Positions 1-12,623 of a stretch of 64,000 bases of DNA are shown here, in pieces. The notes beneath the pieces are model-generated. The model did not search any database and was not told the DNA's origin. It was given only the letters and a program-made list of their open reading frames with translations. A program made the translations under genes and the position numbers. The stretch lies in contig OZ176054.1 of the NCBI GenBank assembly GCA_964247055.1, positions 7,192,001 to 7,256,000 on the forward strand. The letters run 5' to 3'. Origin of the DNA: Paragordius varius (lineage: Eukaryota; Animalia; Nematomorpha). Positions within the stretch are counted from its first letter, which is position 1. Each line of letters opens with the position of its first letter.

Positions 1-720
1 AATATTCATGGTGCTATTATTTCTTTGTGCTTATGAGCAATTAAAAAAATATTATTTTCTATTCGTTTAAAATTTAATTGCAGATTTGTTTATAGGAAGG
101 ATTTTTAAATGCAAACTTATTTTACCCATCCTTTATACAATAATAATTGGTTATTATTTGATCAAGGTCGGAATACCAATAATGCCGCTGAATGTTTATC
201 TGGTAACAAAATACTAAATGGTAGCCAAACTGTTATATTTAAAGCAAACGCAACTTTTCATTTCGCTCTTCTTTGCAAATGTCGGGTTTGCTGGATATGG
301 TATATATGAACTGCCTTAGCAAATGTACAATACGAAGAAATAAAAGGTTCTCTTTTATACTATGGCTGCCCTGCAACGCACTAGCAAGCCCGTGGTAAAA
401 ACCTAGTCGCAGCAAGATAAATTTTAAAAATGAAAATAATTTATAGCATCAATCTATATGGAACTTTATTGAGCAAACGTGATTATGCTCTTCTATATAT
501 ATAAATTGGTATATTTTATAAAAGGTCCCCGACAATAATATAATTTGGGAAATCAAATAAAATATCTCGTTTTTATAATTAAAGACGATAAATATGCATC
601 CAGAATATGAAAGTCGTGCGCGGGAAACATGTCAATGATTTAATTTATTCATCAATTTCAACTCAAACGATAAAAATTCATCCTGATAGGGTTGCTATCT
701 TATATATCAATACTGTGGAA

Positions 721-2690
721 TCTATGTATTTATAAAAATATAAAATACTTGCTTTTTGATCTGTTTCCGGATAACTGGTGGACCCATTCAAATCCAAATG
801 TCGAAAAAATATAATCATAAATGAATGCTTCAAAAGCTTGGCCCTTTTTTGAATTAGGCCCCCAGTTCGGGCCCACCCTGGGTAAAAAAGGGTTTTTTTT
901 GAAAACAAAAGTCTACACAAATGGTGTCTTTGAGACAGTATTCCGGAAAACGTGTTGGACCATTCGATTTCAAATATGATTTTTTTACTTATTTTCGATT
1001 GCGCCAAACATAGTCGGCTCGCGTTTTTAATTTAGGCCCTCTTTTTACCCGCTTTCCCCGTAAAATGCCATTTTTTGAATCTGTTTTCACCAAAGGTATG
1101 AGACCGTAAAAATTCAATGAAGATTCCAGGTATTCCCTGTTATAATGCAAACATTATAGTCGTGCATTCTTTCATATTGGCTGCTGGGTAAGGAGATACC
1201 CGCTAAAACTGCCCTATCATACCGAGATAGCGAGCCTTTGGGGTTAAATTTCAGAAAACCTATCAAGCCATATGAGTTCAATAGGTGCTTAAAATATCAT
1301 CTGTAACAAGGCAAAAATTTAGGTCGTGGGATTTTTTAAAATTAGCCGAGGCCTTTCACGCCCTGAAAAATGCGTGGTTTTGAGGAAATTTTTCCAAAAA
1401 ACATAAACATATGAAATCAATTATGATTCCAGGTATTCTCCGTAAAAAGGCAAATTTTTTATCGAATCTCTTTTTTATATTGGCCTCTTCGTAGGGGCTA
1501 CCCGCCAACAACTGCGCCACCAATCGAAATTGGGTTGATTAGATGTTAATTTTCAGATAACTTATCAAACCATATAAGTTCAATAAGTGCCTGAAATATT
1601 AACTGTAAAAAGGCAAAATAAGTGGAGCGGTGTTTATAAATTAGCAGGTATTAGGTGCATTTCGCCCTAAAAAATGCATCATTGAACTATTATTTAGTTT
1701 TGAAGCCATACTTCCAAAAACTATTAAAAACATATGGAATGAATGATGATTCCAGGTATTCCCCTATAAAGGCAAATTATCGAACGTCTTCTTTATTGGC
1801 CTCTGGGTAGAGGGCTACCCGCCTACCACCATATCCAGCGTGGCTTTAGAGGCAAATATTAGAATATTTTTCAGTCCATATGAGTTCACTACGGGCTTGA
1901 ATTACCCGTAAAAGGCAAAAATTTAAGTGGAGCGGTTTTAGTAAATTACCCCTTAATTCGACCCCTGCCCTGAAAAATGCGCCACCATAGAATGACTTTT
2001 TGGTTCTAAGGCAATTTTTTGAAAATTCCACGAGAGCATATGAAATCAGTCATGATTCCAGGCATTACCCGAATTAAGGCAACTTTAATCGAGCGTTTTG
2101 TTTCGTCCCTGGTTAGGAAACCCGCGAAAAACTGCGTCACCATATCAGCATGCCTTTAAAGCCAAATTTCAGAAAACCTATGAGTCTAATAGGAAGATAT
2201 GAAATCCATAATACAGATATTCCCCATATAAAGGCAATAATTTTGCCCAACGCTTTTTCTAACTGCCCCTGGGTAAGGAGCTATCCGCCAAAAACTGCGC
2301 ACTCTATAGAAATTGCATTGTTTTGGAGCTAATTTACAAAAAATTTATGAAGCCATATGAGCTCATTAAAAGCTTGAAATATTACCCGTTACTAAGTAGA
2401 AAATGTCAGGCGTTTTATTATTAGCCGTTAATTTGGGGCCTTTATGCACTAAAAATACGCCATTATATAACGATTATATAGTGTTGAGGTATCTTTTCGA
2501 GTAACCCATGAGACGATGGTATCATAGATGATTCCAAATATTTGCCCGATAAAAGCAAAAGATTTTACTCAATGCTTTTTCCATATAGGTCTATGGGTAT
2601 GGGTATACGGTTATGAGACGCCATACAAAAATTGCGGTGTTTTGGAGAATTATCAAAAAAGTTAAAAAGCTATACAAGTTCATTTAAACA
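721..2690 (+). mobile_element. Non-autonomous Helitron, copy 1 (5' end intact, 3' end not found) with an internal ~300-320 bp tandem array
   Basis: Starts A|TCTATGTATTTATAAAAAT at 720/721, matching the 5' ends of the copies at 9118, 13400 (minus) and 29376. The repeat marker GATTCCAGGYATT recurs near 1122, 1426, 1749 and 2055, with more degenerate units to about 2690. The right boundary is approximate. Confidence 0.75.
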
Positions 2691-3293
2691 CATTTCTGGG
2701 AAATTTGTATGATATCATTCTTCTTTTATAAAGGACAACAAACGATTTACTTTTTATATCCCTTGATCCCAGCTGTGGGAACATTTAAAATATAACCATG
2801 ATTTCGTAAAAACGAAAATCTTAAAATAAATCCAATCATAGTTCAATATTAACTTTAGTAAGGGACAGTATAAATAGGTCAATTTGGAGTAAACAATATT
2901 TGAGCCTATGCATAAACCCGTAAATTAAAAGACATTCTTTTTGTTAAATATGTTTTTTATTATTTTTTTTACCTCTTACCTCTATTTATTGAAAATTAGT
3001 AAGAACAATTATCGGTGTGACTACGTCACAGCGAAGCGTGACAGGGCTAACCTGTAAGTATATTAATTCATATTGTATAAAGTAATTGTTAATAAAACTA
3101 AAATTATATTTCAAATCCTAAAAAATTAATTTATAGGACAGAGTAAATTCATCATCATGATCAAATCTAGTTTATGATTTAAATTAATAGGTGCGGACCC
3201 GATTAAAATAACAGAATTCTAATTAAGGAACACAAAATTTAAAAAATTATCCATTTATTTCATTTTCACAAAACATAAAAATGTAAAAATTAT

Positions 3294-4668
3294 TCATTCA
3301 ATGAAGGCATAATTATGCTCTTCCAGAACTTGTTCTCCTGTCATTTTGGTTACAAATTTTTGCGGTACACCACTAAAAACTTCTCTTGGCCCTGGCACGT
3401 TATTAGAGAGTGGCGGATTCTTTTTGAATTCTATATAGACTACATTCCCCAACTTTTTATCTTTGAGTACCACGTTTAATTCATTTAAAAGCTTTTGCGT
3501 TTGATCAACACTCAAATTACAATTATTGTTAACGTACAGGCATTTATTGCTCACGTTAAAAGCTGTTATGTTATTATTACTATTGTTATAATTGTTTTGG
3601 AGATAGTTGTTGTCGAAGGCGTTATGAATGTTGTAAGATGCATTATTACCCTGATTTATATTTATAAGATTTTTAGGGACAAATTGCTCGGTTTGAGGAT
3701 GGTTCCTAATAGGTTGTTGAACGAAAAGATTATTTTGGAATCCAGAATTCGAACATGTATCTCTTTTAAAATAATCCGTATTCTCGGGAAACTTATCTGG
3801 TATAATACTGTAAGTTTCCTGTGGTGCACATTGATTTTTATTCGATTGCTGATTCGTTTTACCGGTATCATGGTTATTTGTTGTGATATTGCAATAAGGG
3901 AATATGTTATCTACAATTTAACAAAAAACTATTAATTTATTTGGAAATTAAATATTTTTTGCAAAATTATAATTTTTTTTTAACTTATACATACAGGGTA
4001 TTTGGTTAATTTTGCACATATTTCCAAAGTACATTTATAAAAAATTAGTGTTATTGAGTTTCAATTGAAATTAAAACGTCGGAAGCATATAATTTTTTAC
4101 CGAGTAAGCCTGAATTCAATAAATTTTCGGGATAATTTGATTCAGACGTATCATCTGGCATACTAACCGGGATCGTATTTAATGATTCATAGATTGATTG
4201 GGAAGTTTTTATTGGAGAAAATATTTCATTATTATTGGAAAAAATGTTATTGCTATAATCTATATCGGGTGAATTGGTAAAATTATTTTTCGATTTCACA
4301 CCATTGAATGTTGGCTTAATATTCCCTTTTTCAAAAAAATCATTCAGGTATTGTTCACAATTCGTTAGATCTGATGTTTGCTCATTATTATTTTTACTTA
4401 CAGCTGGATAATTAAAAAGTTGCCCTTCAAAATCGGTTGAAATACGGTTAAAATTGTTTGGTTGTATTTCATTATGATAAAAAATGGGCTCTTTTCTTGT
4501 GCGCTTTAAATCGAAGTTATTTTGATTTTGAAAAGATTGATCATTCAATCTCTTGGATGTACATGGAACATGAATATTTTGATTATTAAAATTATTGTCA
4601 GGATTATTATTTTTAGTTTGCACGAATTTTTTACCATTATCTTTTGGAATAATGTAATCTTTACCCAT
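3294..4668 (-). CDS. Two-exon Asn/Gln-rich protein of unknown function, 394 aa
   Basis: Exon 1 is 4668-4101 (MGKDYIIP...NSGLL), phase-1 donor GTAAAA at 4100. The 190-nt intron ends TTGTAG at 3911. Exon 2 is 3910-3294 (DNIFPYC...HNYAFIE*). The phases match and the CDS is 1185 nt with no internal stop. No family recognised. Confidence 0.7.
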
Positions 4669-5826
4669 GTTAGATTTTATAAATTAAATTAGTTAAATTA
4701 AAAAGTCAAAATAATTTATTTTTTTTTAAATGAAATTAAAAAATATAGTAAAACAAATGATAAATAAATCAATCAACCTTTGATATGTTTGTATGAGCCT
4801 CCTTTGAAATTATTAGACAAAATATGTATATGTATGACAGGTATTAATACCAAGTATCACAATATCACAAAAGTCCAATTTGTTTTACCTCTTTTATGGA
4901 AAAGTAATGTTTAATGAAAACAACCCTTTTGTGTTTGTGTAACACCTTAAAGTAGTGTGCAAGAAAATATTGCGGGAAATATATATGTTATTATTAATTG
5001 CCTTATTAATAATAACAGACACATGTAAATTTAATATCTATATTACCAAATATACTTTATTGAATATCACACTGTACTGGTTGTCATTACGTTTTCTCTA
5101 TATAATTAGAAAGTATTATAAATTTCAAAATGTGTGACTTAAGAATATTTTATTAAAACATAATGTCAAACATTATGTTACATATGAGATACATATCTTA
5201 TAAGATGAATACAGAATTTATCAAAAAACTTTTAAATGTATGAAAAATCTTAATTGTTCAATATAATTCCAAAAATCGCTTTTCATATTCAAAAATATCG
5301 AAATAGCTGTAACATTATGGAATGAGTTACTTAAGCCAACATTTAATTTTATTATAAAAATTTATTTTCACGCCATAAGTGGGTGATTAGGATAAAAAAC
5401 CCTCATTTGTTTCTACTTATGACTGAGAGATTGTGTTATAATCAAACTTTTGTTACATTTGAAACGGATTTTTTTTTATTTTTTTAGACTTGTAAAGTTA
5501 CTAGGACATGTTTTATGTATTCTCGATATTTACGATGTATTATTAATTTTATTTGTGCCTTAGGTAAAAACGGAAAACAAAAAAATATTAGATTGACGGT
5601 CAAATCATCTATAAATTTATTCGGTTATATTTAACAAACTCTATATCAACATTTTTGTAAAATAATTTTTTCCGCCGATAACTGGATTTTAAAGAATGTT
5701 GTGCATGAAAATAATTTAATGGTTATAATTTTATATCTTAGTTTTAATTGCTAAACTCAACAGGATATTGTTAAAGTAAGTGTGGATTAATACTAATTTG
5801 TATTCACAATTGTTCAATCCGTGAAA

Positions 5827-6067
5827 CGGGGGTGGTCAACACGCGGCCCGTGAAAAAATTCAAACACTATAAATTATAAAATTATGCTCATAAAATTTTA
5901 ATAAATATTTCCTAACCAATTTTTCTTAATACTATCCAATTGGCAAGAAGTAGAAAAAAATTTATATTGTCTTTGCATTTTTCAGTTTTATGTTTTCTTA
6001 TAAATTCTGTATTAATGCCCATATTTTCGAATGTTGCCCGCAAAGCCATTTGTGTGGCACACACGTG
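5827..6067. mobile_element. Degenerate hAT-type MITE (CAGGGGTGTCCAAC family)
   Basis: Ends CGGGGGTGGTCAACAC and GTGTGGCACACACGTG, plus internal GCGGCCCG/GCCATTT motifs shared with the copies at 11178, 46710 and 51456. No clear TSD. Confidence 0.55.
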
Positions 6068-7509
6068 ATATAAACGAATAATAAAGTTAAAATACTAATT
6101 GGTATGTGGAAACCCTTGGTTAATCGCAGACTAGTTTAGGATTCGAATATTAAATGTTTGCGCCTATGAATACAATTTTATTATTTGCAAACGTCTATTA
6201 TTTTTTATACTAAAGCAAACAGTTAGTTTTTTTAAATTTTATCTGTTTTCAAAATTTTCCACGGGCCGCATCATGTTGGTTTAATTTTTAATGGTTTTAA
6301 CTGTTAAAATAATGGTTCATTGTATTAAGCTTTAACATTGATGCAATTATACTGGATGGGGGAGATGAATTTTATGGTATTTTGTAAAAAAGACAATTTT
6401 TCAATATATCAATTTCTCCTTTATCAAATTTGGCTCTCCGAAATAGAGATGTCCAATGTGCTTTTTTTGGTACCCAAAAGTGTTCTGAAAAAATGTTTAA
6501 ATAAATGGTAAATTAAAAATTTACGATTATATAGAAGATATATCATCCAAAATTGGGCTGAAAATAAATAAAAAGAACAAAAATTATGAAAGCAACCGCG
6601 AAGATATTTGTGTTGCACACTCAAGTTGATAGGTATTTTTTATTCTAAATAGATATGTGGTTTAATAATGATGTCAAGTTTTGGCAGTAATATTTGTTTT
6701 TATGATAGTATATCCAGTATATGTTCAATATCAATTTTGATCACTTACAAATAAAATTCTAATATATAGATATTCTCACATTATTAGATAAATTTTAAAT
6801 ATCAATTTACAATAAATCGGGTCCTTCTATAATAACGTAACGGGATCTATTTATAGACTTTGTGCCCATCCTCTACAATTTTTTATCATAAAACTTTTAT
6901 TTTTAACATTCCATATACAAGCTTTGCTTTCTAAAGATGTTGTACATAAGAAACACGCGCAGTTGTAATGGAAGGAGGATTCCAAATTATTGTCATGATT
7001 TATGTAGAAAAATGATGAGCTTGTTTCCAAATAAATAATTTGTGTGAAACTTAAATTATCTAGCAAAACATTATAGAATATAGATGCGGTAAAATTATTT
7101 TTTAATCACCAAAATTATTATACTTATTTTTTTTATAAAGCTTAATAGAAAGTAAGTCTGAAACTAATGCTTTGGTATAATAACGAATCGCAAATTTGCG
7201 GTTACTTAAACTATGTTAACTCTATTTTATTTTTGCGTTAAAAAAATGAGTTAAATAATTTTCTTAAAATCGGCGTAGTAAAAATATTTAATTTTTTTTT
7301 ATAAAATATGTTTCCTAAACGAAGAGACCCGTCGTTTATATGATTCCATTAACTTTTTTCTGCATTTATAGGGACCACTGATTTTTAAGGTTTTAAAATA
7401 AGGTTTTGTACGTTATTGCTTCTTTAAATTTTTATCCGTGCCCTAGCTATTCAATATATAACTCCAATTTATTTACAGTAGCATATTGTCAAACAAATGT
7501 TTCAAAATA

Positions 7510-8491
7510 CCAGGTAAAAATAAATTTTTACCTGTTTTTGATAAAAAAGCAATTTTATTTAATTGATAATATTGCCTAGTCTCTACATATTTTGTCCATC
7601 TCTCGATTAATATATCAATGTTGAATGAAAAATTATTTATTTTTGTAAACAATGGGTTAAGCCATTTTCCAATGTTGTTGAAATGAAAAGCTGTTCTGAG
7701 AAAGTGTGTCCGATTGATGCGAAGAAGCAGTAGTCAGATGGCGCTAGGGTAGGAGAGTACGTGGATGTGGAAGAATTTTCTACGAAGCTATTTTAATCTG
7801 TCCCTCATTGATTTTGCTGTCTAAGACAGAGCTTCAGTTCATAAAAATATATTGGACCAGTCCTACCTGATACAGAACATGATCTTCTGGCCTAGCGATT
7901 TGGCCTAGATCCTGATGCACCCGCTTGGTAAGGTAAAAGCCACGATTTTTTCCGCTTTGGATATGCTAAATATTTACCTCATCACCCTCACAATTTGATA
8001 CAAAAATAATTTCCTTTCATTACACTGAAGCAGGATTTCCTAATGCAATTTTTAATTTAGTATTTATTCAAATTGTGTGGCACGCAATTAACAAGTTTAT
8101 TGGTCTTTCCTATGGCACGTATACGTCTTCTGTTATTTTTTTGTGATGCATGTAATGCTTTTGCCAATATCATTGAGTTTGAGTTGGGCCATCATCCAAA
8201 ATATTTTGCACTTTACAGTCTTCTTAATTGCAAGGTCTAACCTCACGCCTATTATCCGTCACATATTTGAAAAGATAAACCCATGTTCACCATATGGTTT
8301 TACAACCAAATAATCTACCGATGAAATCAGAAAGGCAATGTTTGCCGCAAACGTTCATTTCAGACACCAAATTCTGCAAAAATAAGAAGTCAGTTTTTGG
8401 ACTCCACGAAGAAATGACTTCTGGTCATAATAATCGTCTGCATATATTTCACTAACTTTTTATCAAATCGGTAACTTATGCTTACTCCTGG
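7510..8491 (-). mobile_element. Degenerate, internally deleted mariner (Tc1/mariner) element
   Basis: Minus-strand frameshifted translation gives CVPHNL (WVPHEL-like), LLQCNERKLFLYQIV, PHP..YSPTLAPSDYCFF (YSPDLAPSDY motif) and ERWTKYVE. Both ends begin CCAGG and are imperfect inverted repeats. Confidence 0.8.
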
Positions 8492-9117
8492 TCAATTTTT
8501 TCCAATATTTATTACATGCGCTACTGTATATAGTAAAATATATTTGCTGTTCATTTTTTTAGAAAAAAGGACCATATAAATTTTTGGTTATAATTCGGCC
8601 ACATAATCGAATAATAAGATCCAATTGATCAAAAAACATTGAAACTCAAACCGAAGCCGTTTGATTAAAAAATATATGGAGTCAAACCGCAATTTGAAAT
8701 ACTGAAATTTCCGTTCCGATTTCTGCCGAAAACTAGAATTAAAATGACAATCATATGGCTTAATTATTATTTTATTTGGTCAATTTTAAGACACAAATTT
8801 TGAGGTTCTTTTTTCATGAAAGGAGTTCGATGTCCAAAAAACTAAAAACTAAATTTAATTATACACTAATCAAAATTTAGCTAATCTTTTCTCTTGACCC
8901 TATGAATATACGATTAGAATTTGCTTAGTGCTAAAAAACCGATACAAAACCACTGTTATTATTCCTATATTTCACATGATATAATTTATGTTTGGTTCTA
9001 TCCGGGTCAATTAACAATAGAAAATTTAAATGATTTTTTTAAAATATTTCATATTTTAACAAATATTGTATATTATAATATTTTGTAAAACATTTTTTTC
9101 TAGCAGGGTTTATATTT

Positions 9118-10931
9118 TATATATATTTATAAAAATGAAAAGGGTGGCTTTGTGATCTGTTTCCGGAAAACCGGTGGATCCATTTCAATTCAAATGTCGA
9201 AAAAATATAATCATTAATGAATGCCCCCACAATAGCTTCGTACTTTTTTGAATTAGGCCCCCAGTTCGGGTTGACCCCGAGTAAAAAACGGTTTTTTTAT
9301 AAGTCCACAAAAATCGTGTTTTTGAGACAATTTTCCGGAGAACGTGTTGGAACATTCGATTTCAAATATGATTTTTTTTTACTTATTTTCGATTGCGCCG
9401 AACATAGTCGTCTCGCTTTTTTGATTTAGGCCCTCTTTTTACCCGCTCCCACCGTAAAACACTTTTTTCCACAAAAATAATTTTTTGAATCCATTTTTCG
9501 CCCAAGGTATGAGACCGTAAAAGTTCAATAAGGATCCCATGTATTTCCTCTTAAAAGGCAAAAACTTTAGTCGTGCGTTTCTTTTATATTGGCTGCCGGA
9601 TAAGGAGCTACCCGCTAAAAACTGATCTATCATATCTAAATAGTGTGCCTTGGGGGCTAAATTTCAGAAAACCTATCAGACCATATAAGTTCAATCCGTG
9701 CTAAAAATATTACCCGTAAAAAGTCAAAAAAAGTCGGGTGGTTTTTTAAACTAGCCGTTAATTAGGCCCTTTACACCCTAAAAAATGCGCTATCATTGAG
9801 CTATTATTTAGTTTTGAAGCAATTCTTCCGTAAACTATTAAGAGCATATGGAATGAGTGATGATTCCCCGTATTCCCATATAACGAACGTCTTTTTTATA
9901 TTGGCCTTTGAGTAAGGAGCTACCCGCTTAAAACTGCGCCACCATATCAAAATTGCGTTGTTTAGGAGTTAAATTTCATAAATCAGGCCATATAAGTTTT
10001 ATTAAGGCCTGAAATATTACCTGTAAAAAGGCAAAAATTTAAGTCGAGCGGATTTTTTAAATTAGCGGTTAAATAGACTCTGGGTAGGGGGCTACCCTCT
10101 TAAAAATACACTATATCGATACAGCATGCCTTTGGAGCCAAATTTCAGAAAACTTATGAGACTATGTGAGTTCAATAAGGGCCTAAAATATTTATTACCC
10201 CTTAAATAAATATAGGAGGTTATTTCAATGAGCCGCTAAGAAATGTTTAACGCCCTGAAAAATTCGCCGCATAGAACAATTTTTTGTTGAAGCCATATTT
10301 CCAAGAACCTATAGGAACATATGAACATTATAATTCCAGATATTCCCCTTGTAAAGACAAAAATTTTGCCTGACGCTTTTTTTACCTGCCTCTGGGCAAG
10401 AAGCTACCCGCCAAAAACTGTACCACTATATAGAAATTGAGTTCTTTTGGAACTAATTTAAAACTTATGCCATATGAGCTCATTTGGTCTCGAAGATAAT
10501 TCCAAATATTTTCCCTATTAAGGCAAAAAATTTAACTTAGCGCTTTTTCCATATAGGCCTAAGGGTAGGGTTCTACCGGTTAAAAACTAAGGCGCCAAAC
10601 AAAAATGGCGTGGCTTTGGAGCTAATTTTCAAAAACTTAAGAAGCCATACGAGTTCAATAAAGGCTTTAAATACTCATAAAAAGGTAAAAATTATGGTAT
10701 AGCGGTTTTTTCCGTTAACCGACAATTTATGGCCTTTACACCAGCAAACAATATATTAGTATGAATGCGAGCGACGTTTTATGAGATCAGAGCTATTAAA
10801 TAATGTTTTGAAATAATCCACATATATGGATCATTTTATTGTCCCTTTTTTTAAATAGCCCCTCCCCCCCTTCCCCCCCAGAAATCCGAAAGACTTCCTC
10901 GCGGTGCGTGGCAACACGAGATTTACGCTAG
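9118..10931 (+). mobile_element. Non-autonomous Helitron, copy 2, full length, with internal tandem array
   Basis: 5' end TATATATATTTATAAAAATG (TC degenerate). About 4-5 degenerate array units. 3' GC-rich hairpin followed by ATTTACGCTAG|T ending at 10931. Confidence 0.85.
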
Positions 10932-11177
10932 TAGTTATATATTTGTCAAAATAATTAATTAAAATTTTTTGATATATCATTTTTTTAATTTTGCGATTTC
11001 TATTCAATTCCTTTGACAGTTGTATATTTAATTAAAATGTTCATGATAACAATTCAAAACTTTTTAATACAAATAAGATATTTTCAATCAATTAGAGATA
11101 TAATGGTAGAAGTTATCGAATGAGGGGCTTTTATCCATATATTTTTAATGTTTAAAAATAAAACTGAATCTCCAGAT

Positions 11178-11351
11178 CAGTGGGTGGCCAACATACGAAC
11201 CGCTAAAAAATTAAATATCCATAATTTGATTTAAGCTATTCAATTGGCAAGAACTAGAAAAATTGTTATGTTGGTTTGCTAATAAATTATATATGGCCCA
11301 TATATTTATATCAAATGCGGCCCTCGAAGCCATTTATGTTGGACATTCCTG
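11178..11351. mobile_element. hAT-type MITE
   Basis: Ends CAGTGGGTGGCCAAC and GTTGGACATTCCTG. 8-bp flanks CTCCAGAT / CTTTAGAT (6/8 match) fit a hAT TSD. Confidence 0.7.
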
Positions 11352-12623
11352 CTTTAGATATATGCAAATGAATATAAAAGAGTTTTTTTTAAGCGCCCAA
11401 ATATTGCTTTATAGCGTTCATTATTATTATTAGCCAATTTTATTATTTTGTATAACTTATTATCAAATATTTCATATGGTATATATAAAAAATTGATTCC
11501 AATAATCACCTTTTGCATCTTTTAAGACCATTTGAATTATTAAAAAAATATTAAAATATTGATACTATCCTTTAATAGGTAATGATGTGTTTAATAAATT
11601 GTCAACAAAAAATAATTAAAAGTTTGATTTGTTAGTATAATATATTTAAATATCACTTAGTGATATTATTTTGAAAAATAATGATTTTCCAGGTTGAAAT
11701 CCGATCCTATAAAACCAATATCCTTTATACATAAGGTGACCAGATTTTTTGAAGGAAAAAGCGGGACAAATCTGAGAAGGGGGGGGTCATTGGGGGGTAC
11801 AACCAAAAATTTTTATACAAAAAATTTATTGTAATATTTATTTATTTTTAACACAAATACATTATAAATATAAAAAATTTGTACCTTACAGGTTGTTTGT
11901 ACCTCTTTCAATAAATTTACATGTGTACGAACAAAGGGTGAAGTGATTGTAATATTCTAGAAAAAAATAATAAAGACGAAATCATCACAAAGTGCGCTGG
12001 GTGATGCAAGAAGCGGCACAAAAAATATTTTTAACAATTTAGCGAATAATATCAAAACACATTTGGCAGATACACAACGCTATTCAAACAGCTACTGATT
12101 TGTTACCCCTGGATGTGGAAAATATAGATGTTAAAATGCTTGGATTTTGTAGAACTGTTGGTTAGCTCTTTTGCCAGCGATCGGAATATTTATAAAAATG
12201 TGATCTCCTAGAATCCTATTTTTTATCACAAAACAAAGGTCAAAATTCCAAGTCAAAAAAGGTTAGAAAATAATTTTATACCATTACATCGCAATATTAT
12301 AAAGCATCCAGAAAAACAATGCTCAATGAATAGCCAAAATATAAAAATGTTTTATACAAACAGAAACGATTATTTGGAAGACAAGACGGTGCACAATGAC
12401 ACTTTTTTATGAAGTTTCATTATTAAATAAATATATTGAATGAAAACTTATATTATGGACAACAGGAAAAAATACGTAGAATAGAAATGGTTAAAATAAT
12501 CATTTTTAAACAAATTATGTTCCATACAATAATATTTTAATTGTAGAATTTGAATTATCTTTACCTCAAATACTGCTATTTAACGCGTTTTTCCACAGTA
12601 AATTATAGGTAAAGACATGGAAT

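Noticed and set aside
1-410. Possible last exons of a membrane-protein gene (LILPILYTIIIGYYLIKVGIPIMPLNVYL / QLFISLFFANVGFAGY), and a Helitron-like end GCCCGTGGTAAAAACCTAGT
   Set aside because: Several incompatible splice solutions, no recognisable family, and the region is cut by the window edge.
678-2332. ORF-track entries at 678-1007, 1846-2031 and 2150-2332, and similar ones at 9217, 9439, 13109-13524 and 29315-30073
   Set aside because: All lie inside copies of the non-coding Helitron family. They resemble each other only because the DNA is repeated.
1100-2700. Regularly spaced repeats that might suggest a CRISPR array
   Set aside because: The units are ~300-bp degenerate tandem repeats with no unique spacers, no cas genes and a eukaryotic context.
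3026-3056. Hairpin GTCACAGCGAAGCGTGAC resembling a Helitron 3' end
   Set aside because: There is no clean CTAG terminus and no second copy in the window, so it cannot be tied to Helitron copy 1.
3495-3935. 146-aa plus-strand hydrophobic ORF
   Set aside because: It is the antisense shadow of the Asn-rich minus-strand exon; AAT/AAC codons read as Ile/Val on the other strand. The minus-strand ORFs inside 25132-28305 have the same explanation.
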